From: Eledone cirrhosa
Lineage: Eukaryota
DNA length: 64,000 bases
Assembly: GCA_964016885.1 (NCBI GenBank)
Contig: OZ024741.1
Coordinates: 125,550,001-125,614,000, forward strand
Reading direction: 5' to 3'
The notes beneath the pieces were generated by a model. That model saw only the letters and a list, made by a program, of their open reading frames with translations, was not told the DNA's origin and made no database searches. Of the stretch, positions 61,751-64,000 are shown piece after piece; position 1 is the stretch's first letter, and the number at the start of each line of letters is the position of its first letter. The translations under genes and the position numbers were made by a program.

Positions 61751-62075
61751 CATCATTCTCACCGTTTTACGTCCGTTCTTCCATGCTAGCATGGGTTAGA
61801 CGGGTTGTCCTGTTGTGGGCAGCAGCCGGTCGGCTGACCATATCTTGCTCATACAGGAACTGAATCTGGCTTGATTTCTACAGCTGGATGCCCTTCCTTA
61901 CACCAACCTCGTTTACAGTAAGTGCTGGGTGCTTTTTTTCCGTGGCACGTCGACGACCACTTTGCAATGGGAGGGTGTGGGGGGATATTGTCTATATGCT
62001 TCAGTTTCGGCTTGTACCCGTGGGGGGGCCGGGTCATCTGTATTACTACTGCGTGACGCCAGAGGTCACAGTCGT
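61751..62075 (-). mobile_element. RTE (family A-related) 3' UTR fragment
   Basis: Matches 33410-33740. Confidence 0.8.
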
Positions 62076-62099
62076 GTGTATATATATCATATACATATA

Positions 62100-62275
62100 T
62101 ACACCAGATTTTCTGGCGTCAAAGATGCTACTTTTTTCATAAAGTAAATCTCAAAATTCTACCATGCGTCCTGGAAACCGAAGGTTGTTTATTATTTTTT
62201 TTTTCACATTTTTGGTTGTCAAAATTAGAGTGCGTCATTGAGGACGAAGCACCTTCAGTGCCGGGAAATACAGTA
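62100..62275. mobile_element. Tc1/pogo-type MITE
   Basis: Imperfect TIRs attttctggc / gccgggaaatacagta, TA-flanked. Confidence 0.45.
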
Positions 62276-62277
62276 TG

Positions 62278-62330
<53 letters not shown>

Positions 62331-62333
<3 letters not shown>

Positions 62334-63470
62334 GGTTTGAGGTTCACCACTGGATAGAGCTGGTCTATTCCGTATGGTCAATCTCAATGTAATAATATGG
62401 AGAGTACTCAACGTAAAGCAGTTCAACCGTCTTTGTTTTTGTAGTTGGTGGTGCTATTACGGAGTTAAATATTATAATGAAATGACAGGAGGCTGGATTT
62501 GTGTAAATCCTTGAAAGGTTTATTATACTATGATCATTTCAATGACCGGGTTCCGTATGAATCCTGTGATATCATCAGGTATTCGAAATATAATACGTGA
62601 ATGTAATAGATAGAATCCATGGGGCTGAAAATCGAGGACCCGAGGGCGACCGCTATCTTGCACCCTCTACCTTAGCCGGTCGCTCTCGAGTGACGTGGCT
62701 AAAGCTCACAGTGTGCTACTACCGGTCAGATAAAGGAAAACAGAAAGGGATGGGAACATAAGTTAGCGTTAATCTCATGCCACAAGAAAAAAGAAAGAAA
62801 GAAAGGAAGAGAGAAGGGGGAAAGAAGAAGAAGAGAAGCCAGGGTTAATGCCAGCTATAAGAAGAAAGACAGAAAGAAAGAGGAGGAAAGGTCGGTATTA
62901 CAGTCAGGCCAGGATTGTCGCGAAGAAATTTTTTATTCTACGAGACCCGTATCTAAACAACTACTACCGGTCAAATATAGGCAAACAAAAAGGGGAAGGA
63001 ATATAAGTCTGCGGGAGGAAGACAGAAAGAAGGGAGAAGAGAAGGAAGAAAAGGAAGAAGTAGAAAAGTCAGGGTTGATGGCTACAAGAAGGAAGATAGA
63101 AAGAAAGAGGAAAAAAGGTTGATATTAATGTCAGACTACAGTCAGGCCAGGAGTGGCGCGAAAAAATTTTCAAAGGGACCAGTATCTTAGCAGAGGTAAA
63201 TATAGTGGGGGTCAGTGTGTTATAATGTGTGAGCAGAAGATTGGAACGTTACGTTTTTGTTTAGACTTATAGGATGAAGTTAAAAATTAATAATCAATAT
63301 TCAATATCAAAGGAATTAGAAAATTCAAAGTTAAACAGTTTAACATTTTAAGGTTGATATATCCAATAGTTCTGATATGATCCGTAATTTAAAGGTACTA
63401 TGTGGCGGTATAAATCCAGGAAGTGTAATGTGAAGTTACTGTAGGTTCACCCAGGTGAGTACTCGATTTT
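62331..63470 (-). mobile_element. TA-flanked Penelope-like pseudo-LTR element with internal ~250-bp duplication
   Basis: HHR motif at 62525-62582; ctactaccggtca...tacagtcaggccagga repeated at ~62716-62930 and ~62961-63170. Confidence 0.55.
62525..62582 (-). ncRNA. Minimal hammerhead ribozyme candidate
   Basis: Reverse complement reads atac-CTGATGA-imperfect 13-bp stem II-GAA-ATGATCAT-A-gtat. Stem III is a perfect 8-nt palindrome; stem I is atac/gtat. Confidence 0.68.
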
Positions 63471-64000
63471 TATGTATATATATATATATATAACCTATGT
63501 ATGTATATAACCTATATAAATATATATATATATAACCTAAATCTTGTGTCACACCTTGTTAACATAGCAATCTTATTTCTTTGATTAAGCATAGATTCAA
63601 AATCTAAAACCCATTTTATTCTTTTTAAGCATATTATTGTTATGCAGCTCACTGTGTTAAATCCAAGCACACGTGCCACAACTCATACTTATCTCCCTTC
63701 TAGGTCTCACTCGACCCTCCCTTCCCCTCACAGAGCAGGAGGCAGGGCTCTTCTGTTCAAACAAGGTCAGCAACATCTCTAGCGTTTGTGCCATGAAAAT
63801 GCTCCCGGTACACTCTGTAAGGTGGCTGGTGACACAAAGAGCAGCCTGTTGTAGAAACCAAGCTAAAAAGGGTTGAAAGGACCCTTCAGTTGTGTCATGG
63901 TGTGACAACCTCTCTAGCGTTGTTGATCTACACAATAAATGCACCCAGTACATGATGTAAAGCAGTTGGGCATTAGAAGAGTATCCAGCAATAGAAAGCT

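Noticed and set aside
63290-63470. GIY-YIG C-terminal remnant on the minus strand
   Set aside because: Only a vague resemblance that needs frameshifts; too weak to call.

Overview
AT-rich, microsatellite-saturated eukaryotic (animal) DNA. The repeat families suggest a cephalopod or octopus genome, which is inference. No host protein-coding gene is convincingly supported; the window is almost entirely nested mobile DNA. It contains an R4/Dong-type LINE sitting in a (TAA)n tract, a CR1-type LINE, and a near-full-length RTE LINE with a PHD finger inside its RT, plus many RTE 3' fragments. It also holds a Penelope-like GIY-YIG fragment, tRNA-derived SINEs, mariner elements, a solo LTR, a non-autonomous Helitron, many fold-back elements and several minisatellites. 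An ~11 kb near-identical duplication (4097-15046 vs 16635-27394) straddles a 200-N gap. The most interesting signal is a set of small, (TA)n-embedded, often fold-back elements carrying minimal hammerhead ribozyme (HHR) motifs from at least four unrelated families. Several have self-complementary stem III, and two families show the compensatory U3-A8 core variant. All motif readings, folds and alignments were done by eye, and many element boundaries are approximate.
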